Positions 39,038 through 51,620 of a stretch of 64,000 nucleotides of DNA are shown here, one piece after another. The position numbers and the translations under genes were made by a program. Origin of the DNA: Sphaerodactylus townsendi (lineage: Eukaryota). Numbering within the stretch: the stretch's first letter is position 1; every line of letters starts with the position of its first letter. Location of the stretch: NCBI RefSeq assembly GCF_021028975.2, contig NC_059432.1:69998001-70062000 (forward strand), written 5' to 3'. The notes below the pieces were generated by a model, which was given only the letters and a program-made list of their open reading frames with translations, was not told where the DNA came from and searched no databases.

Positions 39038-40098
39038 AGAATAGAACTGTGGTTAAAATGCCAGACCAAGATTGAGAAATCCAGGCTCAAAGCTCCACTC
39101 TGCCATGGAACTTCACTCGATGACCTTGACCAGTCACACTGTCTAAGCCTATCTTACCTCACGTTGTGAAGATAAAACAGAAGAGGGAAGAACCATGTAA
39201 GCTGCTATGGGAGAAAATCATGACATAAATAGCTAAATAAATATCATTTTAGTATTCACTCTGAGGTTTATTATGTCTAATTAAATTCAATATAGATTTT
39301 TGCCGTAAGTTAAGCACTGAACTACTAACATCTGATGAAATATTAATGAATAAGAAAATTAGCCTAGGAAGGGCATTCGTTTTTATAGCTGAAATGCTCC
39401 CTTCTCACCATAATTTCAAAACTACTCATTTGCTTAGATTTTTTTCTGCTTCCTTAAATAGTTTTTTTGTTGCTGTACCAACTTTAACTCTAGAACTTAA
39501 ACTCCTCAAATCTTACTGAGGAAAAATTCCTTATGACGCCATTAAATAGAGAATGCTTTTTCCTCTTTTTCATATTTAAGCTGATCCACTCCAACTTAAT
39601 AAAACATTTTATATTCAGTGATGTTTGAAAATTAATCTAACAATGCTTATCATTTCTCAAAAGGACTGATCTGGATTGGATAAGATCAGAGACATATCAT
39701 TTGCATAAGTCTGTTTTAAAAACAAAACCTCCAAGTAAAATCCAGATAGGTTACTCTTGCCCCTTATCACAATAACCAAAGGTTCCAGAAATAGATCACA
39801 CAGCAACCTTATCAATAAACTGCAACCTTTCTAAATAGATTTTGTTTGCACATAATAATGGAAGACAGAACAATATGCAATAACTATTTGTCTGTTTACT
39901 ATACTTCAGACCATCCAGACATCCCTTTCAAAGAGGAATTTTCAGGGGAAGTGTTTCCCAACAGTTTTTGTAACAAAATATTCATGACTCTCCAGCATTG
40001 TTCAAATAATGCTAAATCTGTCACGCTATACCACAGCAAAGACAGCAATTCTAAATCAACATTCAGAGCTTGGACAGCCTTTTTGCTTCTTTACTGAC

Positions 40099-40255
40099 CT
40101 CATAGGCAGCCCCAAGATCCTGAAACTTTTCCTGTGCACGTGGATCATCAGGGTTACGATCTGGATGCAGGTGCAGAGCTAATTTTCTGTATGCCTTCTT
40201 AATATCTTTAACAGATGCACTGCGAGACACTCCCAAGATTTTGTAGAAATCCCTC
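40099..40255 (-). CDS. DNAJB11: DNAJB11 exon 2 (J domain with HPD motif)
   Basis: [52 protein letters not shown]; 157 nt, AG/GT ends. Confidence 0.96.
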
Positions 40256-40719
40256 CTAAAAATAATAATAATGCACTGAACCCTTTAACAACATTCAGAC
40301 TACATATAGGAAGAGGGTATGAAAATATGGTGCCCTTGTATTACTGCTACCAAACCATAACAAATACAACACAGAGACTGGAAGCATTTCATCTAGGGGA
40401 TGGTATGCATGGTATCTCTATGGCAGCATCAAACTCAATAAGCAGGGCCCATAAACTTAAGTATTATGTTAACACTATACAGCAAAGTCATATGCACAAC
40501 CAATCACACTAAACATGCAGTGAATAGCAGGTGTTACTATATGCATACCAACCACAATAACCCGGTGAGTAAAACTGACCAATCAGAACTGGGAAAATGC
40601 ATTTATTTCTCACAATCCTAAGAACAATCACACAACCACCTTTCTCCCAACATTGTACAGAAGGGCAATCAAAACTTTCTATATAATAAACACAGTTGGT
40701 TACTGTTTATCTTCCCGGC

Positions 40720-41020
40720 CACATCTCAGAGGGAACAAGCTTGTTTTCTGCTGCCTCAGAGACTAGGACACGGAGTAATGGATTCAAGGTGCAGGAAAAC
40801 AGATTCCACCTAAACATTAGGAAGAACTTTCTGACTGTCAGGGCTGTTCGACAGTGGAATGCACTACCTAGGAGAGTGGTGGAGTCTCCATCTTTGGAGA
40901 TTTTTAAACAGAGGCTGGATAATCATATGTCAGGAGTGCTTTGATTGTGTGTTCCTGCATGACAGGGGGTTGGACTTGTTGACCCTTGGGGTCTCTTCCA
41001 GCTTTATGATTGTATGATTC
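40720..41020 (+). mobile_element. CR1 LINE 3' end
   Basis: RTRSNGFKVQENRFHLNIRKNFLTVRAVRQWNALPRRVVESPSLEIFKQRLD (CR1 ORF2 C-terminus) plus a tatgatt tail. Confidence 0.88.
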
Positions 41021-41785
41021 AGTTGTGCTTGATGAATGACTGACTGTGTGTGTTTGTGTGTACACACATGGCGTAGGAAATAAGTTGCCACAGATAACAA
41101 CCAGAATGTGAAGCTTTTCTAACATACACATACACCTACTCTGAACCATGACATGGCATTTAGCATTTACAGAAATTCTACCATTTACTACAAATGCAGG
41201 AGGGCTGAATCTCATCACTGTAAGAGAACAAAATTTAATACCCTAGAGTAGACCTTCCTCTAAGGAACATGAGACAGCATACTTGCTTCTCTCTTCCTCC
41301 ATTTTATCTTCACAACAGTCCGGTACGGTAAGTTAGGCTGAAAGAAGATGGCAAGCCCAAGGTGACCCAGCAAGCTTTATAGCAGAGGGAAAATTTGAAC
41401 CTAGGTTTTCCAACTCTGGTTTTGTGGGCAAAACCCTGGGGAGGAGTCGGTTTCAGAAGGAGAGGGATCTCCGTAGGCTACAAAGCCATAGAGACCACCC
41501 TCAAAACCAACCATTATCTACAGGGGAATTTACGTCTCTCAGCTGAAGATCAGTGGTAATTCCAGGGGATCCCTGGAGGTTGGCAACCCTATATGAATGA
41601 GGCTGCCCGTAATTAACTGCCCGGATCACCACTTGGGAGAAAAACAGTGCCAACGACTATTATGGTCCCAGAAACTGAAAAGGGAGGAGTGGAGAAGCAG
41701 TAGAGCTTTGGTCACGCCTGGGGGACCCATCTCTGACCAACAAACAGCACAAACTAGCCAGGGGAGAACTGAAACTCACACTTAC

Positions 41786-41850
41786 CCAGCAATGGCGGCC
41801 CCAAGCATGCACAGCAGCAATAGGAGACCACCAAGGAAGCGAGGGGACAT
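41786..41850 (-). CDS. DNAJB11: DnaJ homolog subfamily B member 11 (ERdj3), exon 1 (signal peptide)
   Basis: MSPRFLGGLLLLLCMLGAAIA-GG signal peptide, strong Kozak gccATG, donor |gtaagt. Confidence 0.92.
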
Positions 41851-41859
41851 GGCGGGGGA

Positions 41860-42150
41860 ATCTTCCAGCAGCTTCCGCGCCCCCACGGTACTTACCCCCC
41901 CCCGGTAACCATAGACAGAAGAGCGAAAGCGAGACAGGACCCGGTGAACAAAACTGACCAATCCGAACACGGCACCGCAGGCACCCTTTCCCCGAACCGG
42001 CCAATCATAAGCACACACTTCACCCGCTACCGGCTAGGCGTGACCAATAAAATTATAAGACGTCAACAAATTGGGACGCGGAAAAGAGCGTTCATTTTTT
42101 AAAAAAAAACTCTTACCCAATCATAGGACGGAACGCTATAAAGTCGTGAC
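41860..42150 (-). promoter_or_regulatory. DNAJB11 promoter with CCAAT-box cluster and ERSE-like/CRE-like motifs
   Basis: CCAAT at 41958, 42001, 42044 and 42117; ATTGG at 42070; GACGTCA at 42059; CpG-rich. Confidence 0.65.
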
Positions 42151-42216
42151 AGGCACACAGACACCCTTTATTAGGAGGTTCCCATTTGAAAGGTTTGTGG
42201 TTGAAACTTCTAGTAA

Positions 42217-42284
42217 GCTGTCTGGTTGAATTTGGGGTTGAATTTGGGGCTGTCTGGTTGAATTTGGGGCTGTCTGGTTGAATG
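42217..42284 (+). repeat. Short minisatellite upstream of DNAJB11
   Basis: gctgtctggttgaatttgggg units repeated about three times. Confidence 0.85.
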
Positions 42285-42710
42285 GTTATCAAACTCGTCA
42301 CTCGTTTAGTTCTTTGCCATTGGAGCATCAGAACTAAACGCGTGGGATTTTCACTTTTCCTTCGCTGTAAAAATCTCTCTCCCTGGGCTGCTCACAAGTT
42401 CCAGCAGAATCAGCAGTGTTTATGGCTCCATTGAATCTGACCGCCTTTGTCGTGCTTTAGTTAGAATAATCTCATGGAACAGTCGGAGTCCCGTGCAAAG
42501 ATGATTGGCAAATATGCACATCTTATTATGTAAAGACGGACTGGAAGACACGCACATTAGCTAAGATACAATGCTTGCATTTTAGTAATTGTGACAAAAG
42601 CAACAATTCTTTTATGACAGTAGTCCATTATTGATTGAAGCTGCAATCCTTAGTGCACTGGTATGGAAGGCACTGATATGGAAGTAAGGTCCATCGAACT
42701 CATTAGTGTA

Positions 42711-42939
42711 CCCTGTTTCCCCAAATATAAGACATCCCCTGAAAATAAGATGTGGAGGTTTTACTGAAGTGTGAAATATAAGGTATCCCCCGAAAGTAAG
42801 ATGTAGCAAAGTTTTTGTTTGGAAGCATGCCCGACGAACAGAACACAGAAAAATAAGACATCCCCTGAAAATAAGACATAGTGCATCTTTGGGAGCAAAA
42901 ATTAATATAAGACACTGTCTTATTTTCGGGGAAACACGG
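42711..42939. mobile_element. Tc1/mariner (pogo/Tc2-type) MITE between the DNAJB11 and TBCCD1 promoters
   Basis: TA|ccctgtttccccaaatataagac ... gtcttattttcggggaaacacgg|TA, with internal gaaaataagac repeats. Confidence 0.85.
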
Positions 42940-44029
42940 TATATGTCTGAATGAATAATAACCTGACAGGATGCTGAATCCATTCAAATTAATGATCTAT
43001 TTCAGCAGCATTTGTCAACGGTATACAGGAGCAGAAACCTTTCTGGTGCTAATCTATGGTTCTGTGGAGAAAGTGAGAGGTTATGGTATACTTGAGCATA
43101 AATAGATAGATTTGTGGTTTGGCTGTGGCGTGAATTCAGATATGCACAGTAGTCTGCCATGTACTGTGCAACTGCTTATAAAAGGGGGCAAAAAGGCTAC
43201 ATAAAAGATCATAACAGGGAGACTGCTAAATGAGACCAGTGGCAAAACTGTTTCGAACAAAAGATCCTAGCAGCCAAGTGCCTCCATATATGAATGTTCC
43301 CCTTACTAACCAGGGCTAATAGCCACTGATAATCATATCCTCCAGACTTTCACAAATTTTCTTTGGCTGTGCAAGTCAACCTGGAAATTTAAGAGCTAGA
43401 CCCATTTTCCAGCCTTCAAATACATGTAAAAAGCCACTTTTTCTAACTATTGCTACCACAAAATACTAACATTTTTCCATTTTTTGAAATTATAACATGA
43501 CACAAATCTCGAAGTACATTATTAAATGTAGGAGTAACTCTGATGGTTCTCAATACAAAAAAAGCCAGCATGTAACTCTAATTCCAATGTCTCACACTTT
43601 AGTTATTGATTTTTAAAAGCTTGCATTTAATTGACTATTGGATCCAGTATAGAAACAACTGGTTAAAAATGAGGGGTAAGTGAAGACAACCATTCCACTA
43701 GAATTACCTTTGCTGCAAATAAAACTATGCTTTGTATGAGGTATTTTTGCTGGAAATGCAAAATAATTACTTATTATTATTTGACCTCAACCTTATCTTT
43801 CCCCAACCAAGGGCATCTTGAGGCAGCTAACAACCAATAAATTACTATTTAAATAGATATGCTGAATACATTAAATCAAATCTTAAAATAATTTCCAATG
43901 GTAACATTAAAAAATTCCAAGTTGCATTCCTGCTAGTAACTGGAGATCAGCAAAAGAGGAGTGAAAAAGGTACAGGAAATGGATGGAATACAGGGCAGGG
44001 CAGGGCAGATAGCTAGAGTGGAACGATCA

Positions 44030-44480
44030 TCACCCATAGGCCTAGTGGATAGCATTGTCTTGCAGGTCCTGCAGAACAGAGTCAGATCCTGCAGGGTCTG
44101 AATCTCATGTGACAGAGAGTTCCATCAGGCTGGAGCCAGAACAGAAAAGACTATGGCCCTGTTCAAGGACAGCTGGATAGTTTTGGGGCTGGGGATTACC
44201 AGTAAATTGGTATCGAAAGAGGACAGTGCTCTCTGGGAGGTATAGCGGGAAAGAAGTCTTATAGATATGATGGCCCCATTCTATTTAAGGATTGAAAGGT
44301 CAGCACCAAAACCTTGACTCTGATCCAGAGTGCAGTTGGCAGAGCACTGGTTGACTATGCACTTATCAAGGGGTCCTTGTAATGACCCACATTTTGGACC
44401 AACTGAAGTTTCTGGAGCAACTTCAAGGGAATCACTGTGTAGAGTGAGTTACAGTATAATCTGGATGTGACTGTTGCAGA
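44030..44480 (-). mobile_element. Degraded L2-type LINE fragment
   Basis: Typical reverse-strand L2 3' ORF sequence (aaggtcagcaccaaaaccttga..., ttttggaccaactgaagtttctg). Confidence 0.6.
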
Positions 44481-45059
44481 TGTTATAACTTGCAATGCAG
44501 CATTTTAAACTACTGAGGGTGACTATGATGTATCTTCCTGAATACACTGCAGACTTGTAGTAAAGCTGCAGCTTCTCTCTCACACACTCTCTCCTATAAT
44601 ATGGGAACAGCAACAAAAGACATTTATTTATTTAGTTTTATTTTCATTATTTATAGTCTGCCTTTCTCACTTGGACTCAAGGTGGATTACACAGAGTTAG
44701 TCAACACAATCAACAGGATAAGACATTCCATGAACAATGCAGTTGGAATGAGGGTTGTACAACCCACCCAAAGTCTAAAAACAGAAATGAAGCAAAGCAT
44801 AGTATGACCAATTAAATGAAGCAACAATTACATAGTAGGATCCTAGCTTCAGAAAGCAATGCACAGTGGTATATAGACCGCTCTCTAATAATGCATCCAA
44901 GCAATTTAGTGAAACCTCACAGGGGCCATCCTAGGAATACCAGGGGCGTGACACAGAAGCAGACAAACCACCTCCGAACGTTTTTTGCCTTGAAAACCTT
45001 ATATTCAAGGTTGCCATAACTCAGCTGTGACAACTGCCAAAAAAACAAACCACCCTTTC

Positions 45060-45329
45060 CCCCGCACTCTTCCTCAACGGACGGCGCGTCCCCTCCATGG
45101 CGATTTCCCCAAGAAAAACCAAGACAGAGATCAGAAAAAGGTTTGAGCCAATAGGACAGTCGGGCGGCTTCACGCTTTTTCAAAAGCATCGCTCTAGGCG
45201 AGCATCTCTTTGGTACAGAACAGCTTTTATCTAAGTTCTGGCTTTAGCTTTTGCGCAGGCGCAGTGGAGCGGAGGGCGTGGTTCCAAACCAACTTGCCTG
45301 TCGCGAGAGACGCCGATTGAGGCGCGCAG
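45060..45329 (+). promoter_or_regulatory. TBCCD1: TBCCD1 CpG promoter and probable non-coding exon 1 (donor at 45330)
   Basis: CpG cluster, CCAAT near 45148, NRF1-type TGCGCAGGCGCA at 45252-45263, TGTCGCGAGA (BANP/Kaiso-like) at 45299-45308, then CAG|gtaacg donor. Confidence 0.7.
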
Positions 45330-46639
45330 GTAACGGGGAGCGGTGCGGATAGATGTTCTCCTCTCCTGTCTTAAAGTGGCGCCCCTTAACGTGGGGACGT
45401 GATGGGGTTGGGTTTTGGGACACAGTCCCGGGGGCAGCGAGTGGCGGTGGTCTCAATTGGGATTCTGGCGAACTTCGCTTCCCGCATAGAGTCCAACGCC
45501 TCAACCTGGCGCCAAGCAGCTTTGCTTTTTGCCCCCTCCCTAGCCTGCCCTGCCCTCACGTTTATTAACAGTCTGTTCATAACAGAGGGTGCCTTTCATG
45601 GAGACCTGGCAGTCTTTAGCTTATGCACTACAAACCGGTGTAAGGACGACTGCTGTGAAGAATCTCTTGTTTCTGTCGTGTTTGTTTGGATTTTCTATAA
45701 ATATAACGCCCATGCTGATAATTCTAAAAGGAGCAGCCATATTAGTCTATTGCAGCAAACATAAGTAGAAACCTTGCACTTTGAATATTAAAGTTTTTAT
45801 TCTAGCATAAGCTTTTGTGGTTTCACATAGACATGTGTTTATAGAAATATAACAGGCTGTACCTGTTGCATTTCTTGACGTTTTGTCTTTTTCCCCTAAG
45901 TATCTGCTAATTGAAGATAAGGTTTTAAGTGTCCAATAGATTGGTCCACGAGCTTTATGCAATAATAAATCTGTTGGTCCTTAAAGTGTGCAAGACCCAA
46001 TTTTTGTTTTTAAAAGGTACAGTCTCATTATGTTTCATCTTCCTTGATGGGGAAAATCTATTCCTTTATGGCTCTTAAAAACAGGAAGTCTAAGAAAATG
46101 GTAATATTATCTGCCTTTCCTTTCTGCCAAATTTAATTTTTACTCTTAATTGTTTGTAGATGCAGAAAGCTATTCAGCCTAATTCTAGAGCTGGTCTATA
46201 TGCTAGATTTTTCTACCTCTATCACTTGTCAGATGAAAATTGTCAGAAGAGACCGAATAGCCTGTAATGGTGAGCAGAAGCTACAGCAATGTGAGGAAGC
46301 TGGAGAACTCAGGGCCAAATATGACCAGCTGCATGACCATTGATTCTAACAACCTTTCCATTCATGTACTTCTGCTTCTTGCACTGTATTTTATAAAAGA
46401 ATTAGACTTGCAAGGATATCAAGATACTTGAGGAATTAAGAAGATCTGTCTCTGGAGCCAGATGAACCTAAATGGCTTTCTGATGGCTGTAGTGGATTTT
46501 ACTGTTGATATGGTTGGTGTGGTTGTGGATGATCTTTGGAATGAGAAAATGGCCCATAATCACTTCCAAGGACCCTCTCTCAACTGATCGATGGTTAGAG
46601 CCCAGGTATTGATGGTTAGAGCCCAGGTTGCCCCTTGGT

Positions 46640-47960
46640 TTACTGAGAGGCAGTGGGTGATGAAAAGACAAGGGAGATGGCTGACTGGGTTCGAGAGGTA
46701 GTTAGTAGTTCCTTAAGGGAGGGGATGTTCACCGCAGCCTTGAGACATACTGTGGTGCATCCACTTCCAAAGAAGACTACGCTTGACCCAGGAGATCCCG
46801 GTAATTGTTGGCCATTTTCAAATGTTCCATTCTTGAGCAAGGAGCTGGAGCAGGTGGTGGCTGGACAACTCCAAGCTTTCCTTCATGAGGCAAATTGTTT
46901 AGATCCCTTCTAATCTGGTTTAGACTTGGTTATGAGACTGAATAGCCTTGGTTGCCCTTATGATTGACTTGGCCCTGAAGATGGACCAAGGGAATATGAC
47001 TGTGTTGATTCTGCTGAATGTCTCAGTGGCTTTTGATATCATCAATCATGGTATCCTTCTGGACTGCCTATCTAGTCTGAAATTGGGAGGTGCCTGGAGG
47101 GCAGATTTCAGAAGGTGATGCTAGGAGACTTCTGTTCAGCCCTTTGGCCTTTGGCCTGTGGGGTCCCATGCGATTCCATCTTGTCCCCTATGCTCTTTAA
47201 CATCTACATGAAACTTTTGCATGAGGTCATCCAGAGATTTAGACTGTGCTGCCACCGATATACAGATGATGCTCAGCTTTATCTTTTCCTTTCAGCTGAC
47301 CCCAGGTGGGTTGTAGAACCTTGGACTGATGCCTGGAGGCAGTTTTTGGAGTAAATTCAGGCTAATAAACTTCAGCTTAATCTTGATAAGACTGTTACTG
47401 GTATTGCTCTTAGACCCTGGCCTACTAGTGGATCAGCAAGTGACAGCTGTGGCCAGGAGTGCATTTTTTCCAACTTTGACTGATTGGTTGACTGCAGCAT
47501 TTCCTGGGCAGAAAAGATCTGGCCACTATGGTGCATGCCTTGGCAACATCTAGATTACATTACTGCAATGTGCTCTATGTGGATCTACCTTTCAGAAGTG
47601 TTCAGAAACTTCAGTTGGTGCAGAATATTTCATCGTGAATGTTTTCTAAAGTGGATCCTAGGGATCATATCGCTCAAGTCTCAGCCTACCTATACTAGCT
47701 TCCAGTTTGTTTTCAGTTACAATGCAAAGTCTTGGGTCTAACATACCAGAAGGACCGCCTAATCCTTTATGAACTTGCCTGATCCCTATGGAGGCCCTGC
47801 TTCAGGTGCTCCTGCCTTCTGAGATTAGGCAGGTGGCAACTTGGGAGAGAGCCTTCACGGTTGTGGCACTAGAACTCTCCCTGCCTGCCCTGTGGCTGTC
47901 TTCTGCCAGTAGATGAAGACTATTTTTGTTTCTTTTGGCATTCCTTCAACGATTCCTGCT
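46640..47960 (+). mobile_element. L2/CR1-clade LINE RT fragment (TBCCD1 intron 1)
   Basis: Broken ORFs: VVHPLPKKTTLDP..N.WPFSNVPFLSKELE; CGVPCDSILSPMLFNIYM...YTDDAQLY. Confidence 0.85.
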
Positions 47961-48920
47961 TCCTACCCAGTGTTTTAATTTCTGTTTTTATGTCTTCATA
48001 TGTATTTTAACTCTGTTGTTTAATTGTTTTGATGATGTGTGTGGAGGGAGATTTCATTTCATTTATTCAGTTTCTAGACTGCCCTCTTCCTTGCGGGTTT
48101 GGGGTGGTTAACAACACAATATCTTTTTTTCCCCTTTTTTAAAAAAATAAATTTTATTAAATAACCAACATAAAACTAACATACATTATTTAAATATCGT
48201 TGACATACTATACATACACTACAAATAATCATATTACTTACTTACTTAACCTATTTGCAGTTCCACTATCTAACATCTAACATCATTACCTCTTTATCTT
48301 ATATAACATGCTATCTTACTAATCTTTTCTAATTGGTTTTTTTCCTACTTCTTAATGTTATTTTAACAACACCTTATTTCTTGACTTCCTACTAGCTTTT
48401 TATTCTTAAACAACTAAAGTATTCTACTCAAATCTTTTTTTAACTTTCTTATACATGTTTCTGCATATAATCCAACTCAGACTTATAAATTTATAATTAT
48501 ATATTAAGAAAAAAGGAAAGACCTAAACAAACTTAGTCCTTCACACTTTAAGCTTCAAATAATACAGTAACTTATAATATCTTTACATTCTTTTCTGGTA
48601 TTCATATATTTCAAAAACGGAGCCCAGTTCTCAATAAAGTCCTTGTTTTCTTTGTTTTTTAATAATGATAAGAGATTCAGCCACAATATCACACAATATA
48701 AAACCAATTACGATCTGCAAAACCATTTTAACAAGTTGATTTTAATTTTAATGGTTTTAAACTGTGATTTTATCATGTATGTTTAAAATTATTAGCCAAC
48801 TTGGTGGCCCTTCCAAGGTCAGAAAGGCAGGAGAGAAATTTTGTTAAATAAATATAAATACAATTTTTGTTTTCACTTTCTAGAGAAAATATAGATGTGA
48901 GATTCTTCTGACTTGTTAAA

Positions 48921-49256
48921 ATGGATCCCCCTAAAGTTAATCTGTGGGTGAAGATGGAACCATTCGTAGTGGGAGCTCTGCAGATCCCACCTCCCTCCAA
49001 GTTCAGTCTGCATTATCTACGAAAGATGTCTACTTATGTCCGGATGCATTCTAGCGAGGGCTATCATCCTCACCTTTTCTGGCCTATGTGGCGACACATT
49101 GCCTGTGGGAAGCTGCAGCTAGAGAAGGACCTGGCTTGGCTATATTTTGAACTGTTTGACAGTCTTGTTGAACGGACTGCAGAGAAGCGGCTGGAATGGG
49201 CAGAGGTGATGTCGAACTGTGCAACTGAGGAGGAAGCAGAGAAGCAACGGAGCAAG
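48921..49256 (+). CDS. TBCCD1: TBCC domain-containing protein 1, first coding exon (acceptor at 48883)
   Basis: MDPPKVNLWVKMEPFVVGALQIPPPSKFSLHYLRK...WRHIACGKLQL..DLAWLYFE...EKQRSK. 336 nt, ends at a GC donor (AAG|gcatgg). Confidence 0.92.
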
Positions 49257-49599
49257 GCATGGAATGCCATCTTGTACTTTTTAATGTAATGAAATCCTGG
49301 TTATGTCTTCATGGCAGTCTTTTGAAGCATTAACAAAGGAAAGCCGTTGCAATAATATAAAATAAATTAAAATTACTCCAGGATAAAATTTTAGAAAGAA
49401 AATATTGTACAAATTCATCATATATATCTATCTTTATCGATCTTTATATAATTTTAAAAACACCAAACAGTCCAAAGATAAATTAGAGACAAATGACCCT
49501 TTGGTTAGCATTCCCCATCATCTTTTTATCCTTCACAATGATGACAGCAGATCTTGCCAATTGGAAAGTAATGAATTTGCCCTTACCTGCCAGTAATAT

Positions 49600-49898
49600 G
49601 AGCAGCAGTGGCGTAGGATGTTAAGAGCTCGTGTATCTAATCTGGAGGAACCTAGTTTGATTCCCAGCTTGGCCACCTGAGCTGTGGAGGCTTATCTGGG
49701 GAATTCAGATTAGCCTGTACACTCCCACACACGCCAGTTGGGTGACCTTGGGCTAGTCACAGCTTCTCGGAGCTCTCTCAGCCCCACCCACCTCACAGGG
49801 TGTTTGTTGCCAGGGGGGAAGGGCAAGGAGATTGTAAGCCCCTTTGAGTCTCCTGCAGGAGAGAAAGGGGGGATATAAATCCAAACTCTTCTTCTTCT
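49600..49898 (+). mobile_element. tRNA-derived SINE (Squam3-like)
   Basis: Same family, (TCT)n tail. Confidence 0.85.
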
Positions 49899-50521
49899 AA
49901 TTTCTCCTGATCTGACATGTTAGGGAAATGGGATATTATGGTCTGCGAAAATGTATTATGTTTAGCCTCCTCTCGTGGACATTGAAATGTAACAAGAAAT
50001 AGATTCTCAGTCAACGTTTGATCACAGGAATATGTATGTTGAATCTCATAAACAGTCTTCCCGGAGCAGTAAAGTAAACATGCCTTGGTGAAGGCCTTTC
50101 TGTACCTACAGTTCCATAAACTGACAAAGTACACAGGAAGAGGCAGGAGAAAGGGAGATAGCTGTCTACAAAATGTAGATGTTCTTAGGTTACTTACAAG
50201 ACCTACATTAGTTTGTTACTGTTCTTCATACCAATGTCTTCATACATGCAATGTTGAAAATACCTAATAGTTTATTTCTTTAACTTGGGATATGAGATAC
50301 ACTTCAGGTGCATGTGGACCATAATCTAGATGAGGTAGGAGTGTTTAGCCACTGAAATTGCCTCTAGCTTTTTTGAAGTAATGGTCTATCTGTGTCTCCT
50401 TCCCTCCTCCATGCTGATCTACTACTGAACATAAAATGGCTCATATCTGCTAAATAATGTGGTTCTTAAAAATAACATATTGTTTTTAAAGTTTAAACTT
50501 TCCCCTTGTCTTTTCACTTAG

Positions 50522-50671
50522 TTATCTGTAAACACTCTGCAATTCCTGCTGTTCCTGTATATACAACAACTAAATAAAGTTTCCTTAAGGACATCTCTGA
50601 TTGGAGAAGAGTGGCCAAATCTTAAATCCAAGTCTTACAGCCTAACTGGAGAATCTACCAGTCAGATCAAG
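50522..50671 (+). CDS. TBCCD1: TBCCD1 coding exon 2
   Basis: LSVNTLQFLLFLYIQQLNKVSLRTSLIGEEWPNLKSKSYSLTGESTSQIK; 150 nt, ag/gt. Confidence 0.94.
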
Positions 50672-51253
50672 GTATTTTGAACTGTTTTTCTTGCAAAGCT
50701 TATTTTCCTTTTGAAGTAGCTTCCATCTTTTGTTTGAGGACAAGAACTTGGCATATGTAGAGTATACCTCTTAAATATGTTGTGCATTTTGAGAATCCAT
50801 TCAATGCCAGTTTCATTGTATTCTTTAAAAAGCAGTACAAAACCAAATTATTTTTGTTAAAAATATTCTATTTGTTAAAAAAAGAGATTAATTCCTTTTT
50901 AATACTAATTGTTGAGTGTCTACCAAAAAGCTAGTAAAATGCAAATTAAGTTATGAAGAGAGGGTGTGTTTCTGTGTTTATGGATTACATGTGTGATGTT
51001 CCTCACCACTTTTCTGTACCTTTTTTCTGTGTACAAATTAGTGTATTTAAGACGATAGACTATGCTGTCTGAGTAAAGCAACAGTATATGCCCCTCTGGT
51101 ATAGGCTTTCACTTTAAGGAAGTACAGTATGAATTACTATTTTCTGGTTCTTTTTATACTGGGTAAATATTTGCAGTGGAATGGGGATGAACTGTCACTT
51201 GGCTATGTACAAACGCATCTTGTATCTTACAATCGCTCTTTGTTTGATATAAG

Positions 51254-51620
51254 AACTGGAATGATAGCTACCATCAAGTCTTCATCCAAAATCACCTTCA
51301 GGATCTTCTAGAACTCTTACTTGATCCAGACCAGCTCTCTGCCTCCTCTCACTCCACCCACAATAGCCTGGTAACTCCTGAAGCAGTTCGAGCTCTCAGC
51401 TTTCTGATTGAAGGGTCTGTGAACAACAACAGGACTGTCCATCCTCTGCATGAGCTTGCACTCTGGCAGCCATTCCACGCAAGCAGTGGTTTCTCAAAGA
51501 TCTCCAAAGCTTTCTCTTTCCCCAAGCTGGAGTCCTGGCTGAGGGCTTGCCTGACTGTGAACCCTTTTGGAACATCAGCCTGCCTCAAATCTGGGAAGAA
51601 GCTTGCCTGGGCACAGCAAG
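51254..51620 (+). CDS. TBCCD1: TBCCD1 coding exon 3
   Basis: NWNDSYHQVFIQNHLQDLLELLLDP...NPFGTSACLKSGKKLAWAQQ; 367 nt. Confidence 0.95.
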
